Part shown: positions 34,356-43,149 of the stretch, one piece after another | How the letters are laid out: each line of letters opens with the position of its first letter | How positions within the stretch are numbered: position 1 is the stretch's first letter | From: Gaiellales bacterium | Lineage (GTDB): Bacteria > Actinomycetota > Thermoleophilia > Gaiellales > JAICJC01 | Reading direction: 5' to 3' | Assembly (NCBI GenBank): GCA_035473255.1 | Contig: DATIOK010000068.1 | Location: forward strand, 11,858 to 75,857 | Length of the DNA: 64,000 nt | Made by a program: the position numbers and the translations under genes | The notes under the pieces: generated by a model | What the model was told of the DNA's origin: nothing | Database searches by the model: none | The model's input: the letters and a program-made list of their open reading frames with translations, nothing else

Positions 34356-36575
34356 ATGGCAACGGTGCAGCGCAGCCCGGAGGCCGTTCGGCACGATCAC
34401 CTGCTCCAGGAGTTGCTCGGCCAGGTCTCCTCGTACAACCCAAAGCTCGACGTCGACCTGATCCGCAGGGCGTTCGACTTCGCCTGCGACCAGCACGCGG
34501 GCCAGCTGCGCAAGAGCGGGGAGGACTTCATCCACCATCCCTGGAGCACCGCCCAGGTGTGCGCGGGGATGAAGCTCGACTCCTCCACCATCGCGGCGGC
34601 GCTGATGCACGACGTGATCGAAGACACCGACGCCGACCTCGAACAGGTGCGCGAGCTGTTCCGCGACGAGGTGGCGCTGCTGGTCGAGGGCGTGACGAAG
34701 CTGTCCAAGATCAGCTTCGCCAGCCGTGAGCAGGCCCAGGCCGAGAACTACCGCAAGATGGTCATGGCGATGGCCCAGGACGTGCGCGTGGTGCTGATCA
34801 AGCTGGCCGACCGGCTCCACAACATGCGCACGATCGAGGCCCTGCCGAAGCAGAAGCAGACCAACAAGGCCCGCGAGACGCTGGAGATCTACGCGCCGCT
34901 GGCCCACCGGCTGGGCATCCACTCCATCAAGTGGGAGCTCGAGGATCGCGCGTTCCAGACGCTGCACCCGCGCCGGTACACCGAGATCGAGTCGATGGTC
35001 AACCAGCGCCGCGCCGACCGCGAGCGCTACGTCGAGGAGGCATCGACCATCCTCTCGCGCGAGCTCGACGAGACCGGCGTCGAGGCCGACATCTCCGGTC
35101 GCGCCAAGCACTACTACTCGATCTACTCGAAGATGGCGCAGGGCGGCAAGGAGTTCAACGAGATCTACGACCTCACCGCGATGCGGGTGCTGGTCGACTC
35201 GGTGAAGGACTGCTACGGCGCGATCGGCGTGATCCACTCGCTGTGGAAGCCGATGCCGGGCCGCTTCAAGGACTACGTGGCCATGCCCAAGTTCAACATG
35301 TACCAGTCACTGCACACGACGGTGATCGGGCCCGAGGGCAAGCCGCTGGAGATCCAGGTGCGGACGCAGCTGATGCACCAGACCGCCGAGTACGGCATCG
35401 CCGCGCACTGGCTCTACAAGGACAAGCACGGCGCCGCGAAGGACGGCTCGCTGACGCCGTGGCTGACGCAGCTGATGGACTGGCAGAACGATGCCTCCGA
35501 CCCCAAGGAGTTCATGGAGACGCTGCGCGTCGACCTGTTCTCGGACGAGGTCTACGTGTTCACGCCCAAGGGCGAGGTGAAGAGCCTGCCGGCCGGGTCG
35601 ACGCCGCTCGACTTCGCCTACGCGGTGCACACCGACGTCGGGCACCGCTGTGTCGGCGCCAAGGTCAACGGCCGCATCGTGCCGCTGCACTACGCCCTGC
35701 ACTCAGGCGACTTCGTCGAGGTGCTGACCTCCAAGCAGGAGCGGGGGCCGTCCCGCGACTGGCTGAACCTGGTGCAGAGCTCGCGGGCGCGCAACAAGAT
35801 CCGCCAGTGGTTCAGCCAGCAGGCGCGCGAGGATCTCGAGCACAAGGGCCGCGAGTCGCTGCACCAGGCGCTGAAGTCGAACGGGCTGCCGCACCAGAAG
35901 GTGTCGGCGTCGCCGCTTCTGGCCGGGATCATCCGCGACATGGGCTTCAAGAAGGCCGACGACTTCTACGTCGCGATCGGCGCCGGCAAGGTTCCGGTGG
36001 GGCAGATCGTGTCGAAGGTGCTGGGCAAGCTGAAGACCTCCGAGGTGGTGGTGCCCGAGGCCGATCTCACGATCACGCGGCGCGCCCAGAAGCGGCCGGC
36101 CGTCTCGTCCAGCTTCGGCATCACGGTCGAGGGCGCGGTCGACAGCGATGTGCTGGTGCGGATGGCCAAGTGCTGCACCCCGGTGCCCGGAGACTCCGTG
36201 GTCGGCTACATCTCGCTGGGCCGCGGCATCACCGTGCACCGCGACGACTGCCCCAACGTGCGGGCTCTGCGACGCAACCCGGAGCGCTTCACGGCGGTCA
36301 GCTGGGACGACAGCGAAAACGCCACCCGGTCGTTCCGGGTGACGCTGGCCCTGCAGTCCTGGGACCGGCCGCGCCTGCTCGAGGACGTGGCCCGCACGTT
36401 CGCCGAGTTCGGCTGCAACATCGTCGAATACGGCGGCCACGTGTCCGATCAGATGGCCCGCAACTGGTACACCGTCGAGGTCGGCGACGTGAAGACGCTG
36501 CGCAGCCTGATCTCGGCGCTGAAGAACCTGGAGGCCGTGTTCGACGCCTACCGGGTCACCCCCGGCAGTAGCTGA
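34356..36575 (+). CDS. rel: bifunctional (p)ppGpp synthetase/hydrolase (RelA/SpoT homolog)
   Basis: The HD hydrolase shows HPWSTAQV and LMHDVIEDT. The synthetase shows GRAKHYYSIYSKM, YQSLHTTV and EIQVRT. TGS (VFTPKGEVKSLPAGSTPLDFAYAVH) and a C-terminal ACT-like region follow. ATG 34356, in frame with ORF 34269..36575. Confidence 0.9.
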   Translation: MATVQRSPEAVRHDHLLQELLGQVSSYNPKLDVDLIRRAFDFACDQHAGQLRKSGEDFIHHPWSTAQVCAGMKLDSSTIAAALMHDVIEDTDADLEQVRELFRDEVALLVEGVTKLSKISFASREQAQAENYRKMVMAMAQDVRVVLIKLADRLHNMRTIEALPKQKQTNKARETLEIYAPLAHRLGIHSIKWELEDRAFQTLHPRRYTEIESMVNQRRADRERYVEEASTILSRELDETGVEADISGRAKHYYSIYSKMAQGGKEFNEIYDLTAMRVLVDSVKDCYGAIGVIHSLWKPMPGRFKDYVAMPKFNMYQSLHTTVIGPEGKPLEIQVRTQLMHQTAEYGIAAHWLYKDKHGAAKDGSLTPWLTQLMDWQNDASDPKEFMETLRVDLFSDEVYVFTPKGEVKSLPAGSTPLDFAYAVHTDVGHRCVGAKVNGRIVPLHYALHSGDFVEVLTSKQERGPSRDWLNLVQSSRARNKIRQWFSQQAREDLEHKGRESLHQALKSNGLPHQKVSASPLLAGIIRDMGFKKADDFYVAIGAGKVPVGQIVSKVLGKLKTSEVVVPEADLTITRRAQKRPAVSSSFGITVEGAVDSDVLVRMAKCCTPVPGDSVVGYISLGRGITVHRDDCPNVRALRRNPERFTAVSWDDSENATRSFRVTLALQSWDRPRLLEDVARTFAEFGCNIVEYGGHVSDQMARNWYTVEVGDVKTLRSLISALKNLEAVFDAYRVTPGSS

Positions 36576-36600
36576 CCGGACCCTGAGATACACTCGCCGC

Positions 36601-37092
36601 GTGGACGTGCTGCAGGGCGAAGAGCTGATCTGGACCGGGCATCCCAGCTGGCGAATGCTGATGATCTACTACGTCAAGTACACGATCGTCTCGCTGATCC
36701 CGGCGGCGATCTGGGTGTTCCTGAACGCCGTCATGAACAACCCGCCCAGCTCGGCGATCTTCTTCGGCGCGACGGTGGTGGCGCTGATCTGCACCTACGT
36801 GATCGGGTGGCTGCGGCTGCGCACTACCGCGTACACCCTGACCAGCACGCGCATCCACGTACGCACGGGCATCGTCTCGCGGCAGGAGCACTCCGCGCAG
36901 CTCACCCGCGTGCAGAACGTGAACGTCTCGCAGACGATGTTCCAGCGCCTGCTCGGCATCGGCGACGTGGACTGGGACACGGCCGGCACCGAGGAGGCCA
37001 GCTCCGAGTTCCGGTTCCGCGGCGTCGACGACCCCAGCCGGCTGTCGCGGATCGTGGACGAGCGGCTGCACGACGCCGAGACCCGGGCCTGA
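36601..37092 (+). CDS. bacterial PH domain (YdbS/DUF304-like) membrane protein
   Basis: Two N-terminal TMs, then LTSTRIHVRTGIVSRQEHSAQLTRVQNVNVSQTMFQRLLGIGDV, typical of bPH_2 proteins. GTG start. Confidence 0.7.
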   Translation: MDVLQGEELIWTGHPSWRMLMIYYVKYTIVSLIPAAIWVFLNAVMNNPPSSAIFFGATVVALICTYVIGWLRLRTTAYTLTSTRIHVRTGIVSRQEHSAQLTRVQNVNVSQTMFQRLLGIGDVDWDTAGTEEASSEFRFRGVDDPSRLSRIVDERLHDAETRA

Positions 37093-37130
37093 CCGCCCAC
37101 CGGCGGCGAGGCCGCCGATAGACTGGGGCG

Positions 37131-37493
37131 ATGAGCGCCGCCCGGCATGCAGCAGCCATCCGAGCGCTGGCGCTGTCGTTTCCCACAGCCCGTGAGGATC
37201 ATCCGTGGGGGCCGGAGGCGCACGTCTTCAAGGTCGGCGGAGGCAGCACCATGTTCGCGATCATGGGCGATGGGCCGCCGGTGACGGTGACCATGAAGCT
37301 GACCAGGGAGGAGCGCGAGGTCGCCCTGACGCTGCCGTACGTGTCGCACGCCAAGTACGTGGGACGCTACGGCTGGGTGACGGCCAGGGTGGAGGACGCC
37401 GACTGCCTCAGCGCGACGCTGGAGTGGATCCGGGAGAGTTACTGGCTGAAGGCGCCGGCCAACGTGCGCGAGGCCGCCTGGGCAGAGTCGTAG
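37131..37493 (+). CDS. MmcQ/YjbR family DNA-binding protein
   Basis: 120 aa. HPWGPEAHVFKVGGGSTMFAIM....YVGRYGWVTARVED matches the YjbR-fold family pattern. Confidence 0.75.
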   Translation: MSAARHAAAIRALALSFPTAREDHPWGPEAHVFKVGGGSTMFAIMGDGPPVTVTMKLTREEREVALTLPYVSHAKYVGRYGWVTARVEDADCLSATLEWIRESYWLKAPANVREAAWAES

Positions 37494-37497
37494 CTGC

Positions 37498-37513
37498 CCG
37501 ATCAACCATCTAG
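37498..37513. repeat. 16-nt exact copy of the left terminus of the 11.2-kb element
   Basis: CCGATCAACCATCTAG at 37498..37513 is the exact reverse complement of CTAGATGGTTGATCGG at 11184..11199. It fills the 16-nt gap between two convergent stop codons. Confidence 0.6.
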
Positions 37514-38007
37514 GGCTCCCAGGGCTCGCCGCCGGTGTCCCAGCCCACCAGGCAGTAGGGGCTGAGCAGCTCGGCGACGCGCTCCAGGAAGCGGCGGTCG
37601 CCGTCGCCGAACGCGGCCGGCCGGTCGGAGTCGATGTCGATCTCGGCCACCACCAGCCCGTCGTAGCTGATCGGCACCACGATCTCCGACCTGGTCGATG
37701 CGAAGCAGGCCAGGTAGCGGGAGTCGGCGTTGACGTCGTCCACGATCTCGGTCTGGCCGCTGGCGGCCGCCGACCCGCAGACGCCCTGGCCGATCGGGAT
37801 GCGCACGTGCTCCGTCGCCTCCGGGCCGTTCCACGGCCCCAGCGCCAGCTCCTCGCCCTCGACGAAGTACACGCCCACCCACGAGTAGCTGTCGAAGCCG
37901 TCGTGCAACAGGTCGACCGCGCGGCGCAGGATCTCGTCCGACTCCGTCTCGTCGGCGATCACCTGCTCGATCGCGCGCAGCGACTGCTCGTACGCCTCCC
38001 CGCTCAC
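37510..38007 (-). CDS. GAF domain protein (free methionine-R-sulfoxide reductase-like)
   Basis: GTG at 38007..38005 (VSGEAYEQSL...), a GTGA overlap with the upstream thioesterase. SYSWVGVYFVEG..L.LGPWNG and GQGVCGSAA...IVDDV....YLAC...SEIVVPI match a single-domain GAF/MsrC-like pattern. Confidence 0.75.
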   Translation of the reverse strand: MSGEAYEQSLRAIEQVIADETESDEILRRAVDLLHDGFDSYSWVGVYFVEGEELALGPWNGPEATEHVRIPIGQGVCGSAAASGQTEIVDDVNADSRYLACFASTRSEIVVPISYDGLVVAEIDIDSDRPAAFGDGDRRFLERVAELLSPYCLVGWDTGGEPWEP

Positions 38008-38444
38008 AGCTCCAGCTCCGCCTCGAATCCGGCGATCGCGTCGCGCAGACGCCACTCGACCGGCACCGGCTGGCGTTCGGCCAGATCGACCGAAACCAGC
38101 GTCTGGTTGGCGGCCACCAGCCGGTCGCCGCCGGACACCTTGTAGGCCTCGAACTCCCACGACAGGCTGGTGGTGCCGATCCGCCGCACGCGCACGAACA
38201 CCTCCAGCTCGTCGTCGAAGCTGGCCGGCGCGAGGTACTCGACGTGCTGGGCCCGCATCACGAACTCCGGGTCGCTGGGCTCGCGCACCAGCACCCCCAG
38301 CTCCCGCAGGTACTCGACCCGCGCCCGGTCGAAGTAGGGCATGTAGCGCCCGTAGTAGACGATCCCCTGGGCGTCGGTCTCGTCGAAGCCGACACGCGTG
38401 CGGTACGAGAAACGGAACGGCGGTCGGCGGTCGGTGGCCGGCAT
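38004..38444 (-). CDS. acyl-CoA thioesterase (4HBT/YbgC hot-dog fold)
   Basis: ATG at 38444..38442. RVGFDETDAQGIVYYGRYMPYFDRARVEYLRELG contains the catalytic Asp context of 4HBT thioesterases. 1-nt overlap (TGATG) with the upstream gene. Confidence 0.8.
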   Translation of the reverse strand: MPATDRRPPFRFSYRTRVGFDETDAQGIVYYGRYMPYFDRARVEYLRELGVLVREPSDPEFVMRAQHVEYLAPASFDDELEVFVRVRRIGTTSLSWEFEAYKVSGGDRLVAANQTLVSVDLAERQPVPVEWRLRDAIAGFEAELEL

Positions 38445-39790
38445 CAGGAGGTGATCAGCGCGAGCACCTCGTCCCGCCGCCGCTCCATCGTCTCGGCCGA
38501 CAACGCCTCCAGGTTCAGCCGCAGCAGCGGCTCCGTGTTCGACGGCCGTACGTTGAAGTGCCAGTCGGGGTACTCGAACGAGATGCCGTCCAGGTGCGAC
38601 ACTCGCTCCGCCGACGGGCCGAACCGGTCCTTCAGCTCCTGCAGCTTCAACGGCACGTCGGCCACCGTCGAGTTGATCTCGCCGGAGATGTGGTACCGCT
38701 GCCGGAACGGCGCCAGCAGCTGCGACAGCTTCTGCCCGCTGCGCGAGATCAGCTCCAGCATCACCAGCGCCGGCACGATACCGGTGTCGCAGTAGTAGAA
38801 GTCCTTGAAGTAGTAATGACCCGACACCTCGCCGGCGAACACCGCCTCCTCCTTGCGCAGGCGGGCTTTCATGAAGGCGTGGCCGACGCGGTTCTCGAGC
38901 GCCGTTCCGCCCGCGGCCGCGACCGTGTCGCGCACCGCCCACGATGCGCGCAGGTCATAGATAATCGTCGCACCGGGGTGCCGTTCCAGCATCGAGCGCG
39001 CGATCAGGGCGGTGATCAGGTCGCCGGGCACGAACTCGCCGGTGTCGTCGATGAAGAAGCACCGGTCGGCGTCGCCGTCCCAGGCGATGCCCAGGTCGGC
39101 ACCCTCAGCGACCACCTGCTCCACGATGAAGTGGCGGTTCTCCTCGAGCAGTGGGTTGGGCTCCCCGTTGGGAAAGCTGCCGTCCGGGTCGAGATGGTGG
39201 GGGAACGCCGTGATCGGCAGGCGCTCGAGCAGCGGCCCGATCATGGGGCCGGCCATCCCGTTGGTGCCGTCCAGCACCACGCGCAGCGGTTGGATCGCTG
39301 CGGGATCGATGAAGCGCAGCACCCGCTCGTGGAAGCCCTCGTAGATGTCGCGCTGAGTGATCGTGCCGGGCTGGTCGGGGCCGTCGGGAGTGCCCTGCTC
39401 GGCGAAGCGCTTGATCTTGTCGAGCCCGGTGTCGCCGCCAACCGGCCGGGCGCCGCGCCGCACGATCTTCATGCCGTTGTAGGCGCGCGGGTTGTGCGAG
39501 GCGGTGACCTGGATGCCGCCCTCGTAGCCGTGCTCGCCGACCGCGTAGTAGAGCATCTCTGTGCCGATCTCGCCCAGCGCCACGACGTCGGCGCCCTGCT
39601 CGGAGGCGCCGCGCGCGGCCGCCTCGGACAGCTCCGGCGAGGTCAGGCGCATGTCGTGGCCGATCGCCATCGTGGCCGGCTCGAAGGCCGCCACGTAGGC
39701 GCGACCGAGCCGATAGGCTCCCTCGGCGTCGAGTTCGTCGGGCACGATGCCCCGGACGTCGTAGGCCTTGAACACTGAGGAGTCGAGCAT
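38444..39790 (-). CDS. phosphomannomutase/phosphoglucomutase
   Basis: FKAYDVRG, the active-site TASHNPRAYNGMK, the metal loop AWDGDADR, and GEVSGHYYF are present. 448 aa. Confidence 0.9.
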   Translation of the reverse strand: MLDSSVFKAYDVRGIVPDELDAEGAYRLGRAYVAAFEPATMAIGHDMRLTSPELSEAAARGASEQGADVVALGEIGTEMLYYAVGEHGYEGGIQVTASHNPRAYNGMKIVRRGARPVGGDTGLDKIKRFAEQGTPDGPDQPGTITQRDIYEGFHERVLRFIDPAAIQPLRVVLDGTNGMAGPMIGPLLERLPITAFPHHLDPDGSFPNGEPNPLLEENRHFIVEQVVAEGADLGIAWDGDADRCFFIDDTGEFVPGDLITALIARSMLERHPGATIIYDLRASWAVRDTVAAAGGTALENRVGHAFMKARLRKEEAVFAGEVSGHYYFKDFYYCDTGIVPALVMLELISRSGQKLSQLLAPFRQRYHISGEINSTVADVPLKLQELKDRFGPSAERVSHLDGISFEYPDWHFNVRPSNTEPLLRLNLEALSAETMERRRDEVLALITS

Positions 39791-39797
39791 CGGGGCG

Positions 39798-40319
39798 ATG
39801 ATAGAGCAGGTCGAGTTGCGGCCGGTGCGGCTGGCCGACGTCGACGCGCTGGCGGAGCTGTACGCGTCAGAGCGGGCGTTCCTGGCGCCGTTCGACCCGA
39901 TCCGCCCCGACGAGTTCTACACGGCCGAGGGGCAGCGGATCGAGGTCGAGCACGCGCTGGCACAGCGGGCGGCCGGCTCGCGCTACAGGTTCGTGATCGA
40001 GGCCGACGGGAGGCTGGTGGGGACGCTCGGGATCGGGAACGTGGTGGGCTCCGTATTCCAGTCGGGCAACCTCGGCTACTTCGTCGCCCAGGCGGCCAAC
40101 GGCCGCGGGGTCGCCACGCGTGCGGTCGGCCTGGCCGCCGAGCAGGCGTTCGGGCCGCTGGGCATGCACCGGCTGGAGGCCGGCACGCTGGTGGACAACG
40201 TGGCCTCGCAGCGGGTGCTCGAGAAGAACGGGTTCGAGCGTATCGGCCTGGCCCGCGCGTACCTGCGGATCGCAGGCACATGGCGTGACCACATCCTGTT
40301 CCAGCGGGTTGCGGAATGA
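39798..40319 (+). CDS. GNAT N-acetyltransferase (RimJ/RimL-like)
   Basis: VELRPVRLADVDALAELY, GYFVAQAANGRGVATRAV and HRLEAGTLVDNVASQRVLEKNGFERIG are present. ATG 39798 is preferred because it avoids overlap with the divergent PMM start. Confidence 0.8.
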   Translation: MIEQVELRPVRLADVDALAELYASERAFLAPFDPIRPDEFYTAEGQRIEVEHALAQRAAGSRYRFVIEADGRLVGTLGIGNVVGSVFQSGNLGYFVAQAANGRGVATRAVGLAAEQAFGPLGMHRLEAGTLVDNVASQRVLEKNGFERIGLARAYLRIAGTWRDHILFQRVAE

Positions 40320-40789
40320 GCGTGACGCTGCGGCCGATGCGGCCGGACGAGTACCCAGCATGGGCGGAGGAGGGGGAACGGGGCTACGTCTACCAGATGG
40401 TCGAGTTCGGCGGCATGGAGCGTGAGCACGCGACGGCGAAGGCCGTGCGTGACTTCGCAGCGGTGCTGCCAGAGGGCCTCCAGACCGAGAACCACTGGGT
40501 GAACGTGATCGAGGCGGATGGCCAGCCGGTCGGCTCCCTGTGGTTCGCGGAGCGCGACATGGATGGCCGCCCGTCGGCGTTCCTCTACGACATCCACATC
40601 CACGAGCACGCCCGCGGCCACGGGTACGGCAGGGCGGCGATGCTGGAGTTCGAGCGGGAGGCGGCCCGCCGGGGCCTGCATCACCTGTCGCTGAACGTGT
40701 TTGGCGGAAACGCGCCCGCGCGCGGGCTCTACAGCTCGCTGGGCTGGGCCGAGATGGCGATCACGATGACGAAGCAGCTGGAGGCGTAG
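40316..40789 (+). CDS. GNAT family N-acetyltransferase
   Basis: HEHARGHGYGRAAMLEFEREAARRGLHHLSLNVFGGNAPARGLYSSLGW. ATGA overlap with the preceding GNAT. Confidence 0.8.
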   Translation: MSVTLRPMRPDEYPAWAEEGERGYVYQMVEFGGMEREHATAKAVRDFAAVLPEGLQTENHWVNVIEADGQPVGSLWFAERDMDGRPSAFLYDIHIHEHARGHGYGRAAMLEFEREAARRGLHHLSLNVFGGNAPARGLYSSLGWAEMAITMTKQLEA

Positions 40790-41278
40790 TTAGCCCGGCC
40801 AGGCGGCCCGCAGCTTCTCCAGGGTGCGCGACAGGTGCTCCGGCATGACACGCGTGTCGGCCAGCACCGGCATGAAGTTGGTGTCGCCGCTCCAGCGCGG
40901 CACCACGTGGAGGTGCAGGTGGCCCTCGACGCCGGCGCCCGCCACCCGGCCCAGGTTCATGCCGCAGTTGAAGCCGTGCGGCGCCATCGCCGCTGTCAGC
41001 GCGGTGATGCCGTCGTCGGCGAGCTGCCAGAGCTCGGCTCGCTCATCGTCGTTCAGGTCGCCGGGCATGGGCAGGTGGCGGTAGGGGGCGACCATCAGGT
41101 GGCCGTTCGCGTAGGGGTAGAGGTTCAGCACCGCGAACGCGTGGGTACCGCGGTGCAGGATCAGCGCATCTTCGTCGGAGAGCGCCGGCTTGTCGCAGAA
41201 GATGCAGCCGCCGGCGTCATCGGCGCCGGCCACGTACTCCAGGCGCCAGGGCGCCCAGAGCCGCTCGCTCATAGCCAC
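40790..41278 (-). CDS. HIT family protein (nucleotide hydrolase/transferase)
   Basis: The histidine triad is GHLHLHVVPR. The N-terminus WAPWRLEYV..CIFC is like the Ap4A phosphorylase/GalT-type HIT branch. 10-nt overlap with corA. Confidence 0.85.
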   Translation of the reverse strand: MAMSERLWAPWRLEYVAGADDAGGCIFCDKPALSDEDALILHRGTHAFAVLNLYPYANGHLMVAPYRHLPMPGDLNDDERAELWQLADDGITALTAAMAPHGFNCGMNLGRVAGAGVEGHLHLHVVPRWSGDTNFMPVLADTRVMPEHLSRTLEKLRAAWPG

Positions 41279-42264
41279 CGCTGGCGACGGAAGAACGAGA
41301 GCATCGCGATCGCGAGCAGCAGCGTGCCGCCCTCGATGATCCAGAACGCGTGGTGTGACTGCTGGAATGGCAGTGGCACGTTCATGCCGTAGATGCCGGC
41401 GATCAGGGTCGGCGGCAGCAGGATCACGGTAAAGATCGTGAGCAGCCGCAGGATGTCGTTCTGCTTGTGGGCGATCACCGTCTCGTTGGTCTGCTCCAGC
41501 GCCTCGACAACCTCCTTGTAGTTGTCGAGCTGGTCCCAGATCCGCTCCGCCGAGTCGACGATGTCGTCGAAGTACACCTCCAGGTCCTCCGACAGGTAGC
41601 GGGTGCGGGCGCGCTCCAGCAGTCGCAGCGTCGAGCGCTCCGGCTTGATGATCTTGCGGTACGCGATCACCTCCTGCTTGACGTTGGAGATGTCGCGGGC
41701 CACGTCCTCGCTGCGCTCGTCCCAGATCGCGTTCTGCAGGCGGTCGAGCTTGAACCCGATCTTGTCCAGGATCGGGAAGCAGTAGTCGAACGACTCCGAC
41801 AGGATCTCGTACAGCAGGTAGCCCGATCCCTTCGAGAAGTACTCCTCGCGCAGCTCCGTGTTGTTCGACAGGCGCGTGAACAGCCGGCCCACGGGCTTCA
41901 GCGGGTGGTTGGGCAGGGTGATCACGTAGTCCGGGCCCACGAACACGTTCAGCTCGGCGGCGTTCAGCCGGCCGATCGACTTGTCGAAGCGCGGCAGGTG
42001 CAGCACCATGAACAGGTACTCGTCGTACTCGTCGATCTTGGGCCGCTGGCGGGTGGACAGCACGTCCTCGAGATCCAGCTCATGGAAGTCGAAGTGCTCC
42101 GCCAGGTACGCGGTCTCGACCGCCGTGGGGGCCTCGATGTTCAGCCAGCGGACGCCGCCGAGCTCGAGCTCAGCAACCTGTGGTTCGGTCCGCGCGACGT
42201 CCTGCCGCTGCGAAACTCGCGGCCGCCTGCGGACTGTCCTCGGGATCCGGCGCAGGTTCGGCAT
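41269..42264 (-). CDS. corA: magnesium/cobalt transporter CorA
   Basis: Two C-terminal TMs with the signature GIYGMNV. Acidic cytoplasmic N-domain. The start codon is uncertain. Confidence 0.85.
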   Translation of the reverse strand: MPNLRRIPRTVRRRPRVSQRQDVARTEPQVAELELGGVRWLNIEAPTAVETAYLAEHFDFHELDLEDVLSTRQRPKIDEYDEYLFMVLHLPRFDKSIGRLNAAELNVFVGPDYVITLPNHPLKPVGRLFTRLSNNTELREEYFSKGSGYLLYEILSESFDYCFPILDKIGFKLDRLQNAIWDERSEDVARDISNVKQEVIAYRKIIKPERSTLRLLERARTRYLSEDLEVYFDDIVDSAERIWDQLDNYKEVVEALEQTNETVIAHKQNDILRLLTIFTVILLPPTLIAGIYGMNVPLPFQQSHHAFWIIEGGTLLLAIAMLSFFRRQRWL

Positions 42265-42402
42265 CAGCAGTCATGGTCGTCAACACGGGCATACGGCAAG
42301 TGTACCTGTCAGCTGGTATTCCGCGCGGGAGGCGCGGCCCCTTGTGGGGCTTTCACCATGCGTATCGGCAGAACACCGTCCCCGCCTGTAATCTGAGCCG
42401 CG

Positions 42403-43149
42403 ATGACGGACTCCCCCCGCGTCGGCGGCACGGCCGACGAGCACCTGCTGCAGCGCCACGACGCGACCTTTCTGCACACCGACCCGTGGCGGATCCTGCG
42501 CATCACCGGGGAGTTCGTGGAGGGCTTCGACCAGCTCGCCGACGTCGGCGCGGCCGTTGCCGTGTTCGGATCAGCCCGCACGCCCGCGGACGATCCCGCA
42601 TACGTCGCCGCCCGCGAGACCGCCCGGCTGCTGGTGGCCGACGGCTTCGGTGTCATCACCGGCGGCGGCCCCGGCATCATGGAGGCCGCCAACATGGGTG
42701 CGGCGGAAGCCGGCGGCGTGTCGATCGGCTGCAACATCGAGCTGCCCCACGAACAGCACGGCAACAGCTACGCGAACCTGTCGATGGAGTTCCGCTACTT
42801 CTTCGTGCGAAAGACCATGTTCGTGAAGTACTCCGAGGCGTTCGTGGTATTCCCGGGCGGCTTCGGGACGCTCGACGAGCTGTTCGAGGCGGTCACACTC
42901 GTGCAGACCGGCAAGATCCACCGCTTCCCGGTGGTGCTGTACGACAGCGCGTATTGGAATGGCCTGCTGGAGTGGCTGCGCGAGCGGGTCGTCGGGGAGG
43001 CCAAGTTGAGAGAGGCCGAGCTGGAGCTGCTGCAGGTAGTGGACACCCCCGCCGAGGCGGCTGGGATCGTGCGCGACTGCACGTCCGGGGCGTGCGGCCA
43101 CGAGCATCACCCGCCGGCTGAGACGCCCACGCGCACCGCCCCCACGTAG
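42403..43149 (+). CDS. LOG family protein (TIGR00730-type nucleotide 5'-monophosphate nucleosidase)
   Basis: VITGGGPGIMEAAN and PGGFGTLDELFE (PGGxGTxxE) are present. The C-terminus overlaps the convergent NlpC/P60 gene by 43 nt. Confidence 0.85.
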   Translation: MTDSPRVGGTADEHLLQRHDATFLHTDPWRILRITGEFVEGFDQLADVGAAVAVFGSARTPADDPAYVAARETARLLVADGFGVITGGGPGIMEAANMGAAEAGGVSIGCNIELPHEQHGNSYANLSMEFRYFFVRKTMFVKYSEAFVVFPGGFGTLDELFEAVTLVQTGKIHRFPVVLYDSAYWNGLLEWLRERVVGEAKLREAELELLQVVDTPAEAAGIVRDCTSGACGHEHHPPAETPTRTAPT

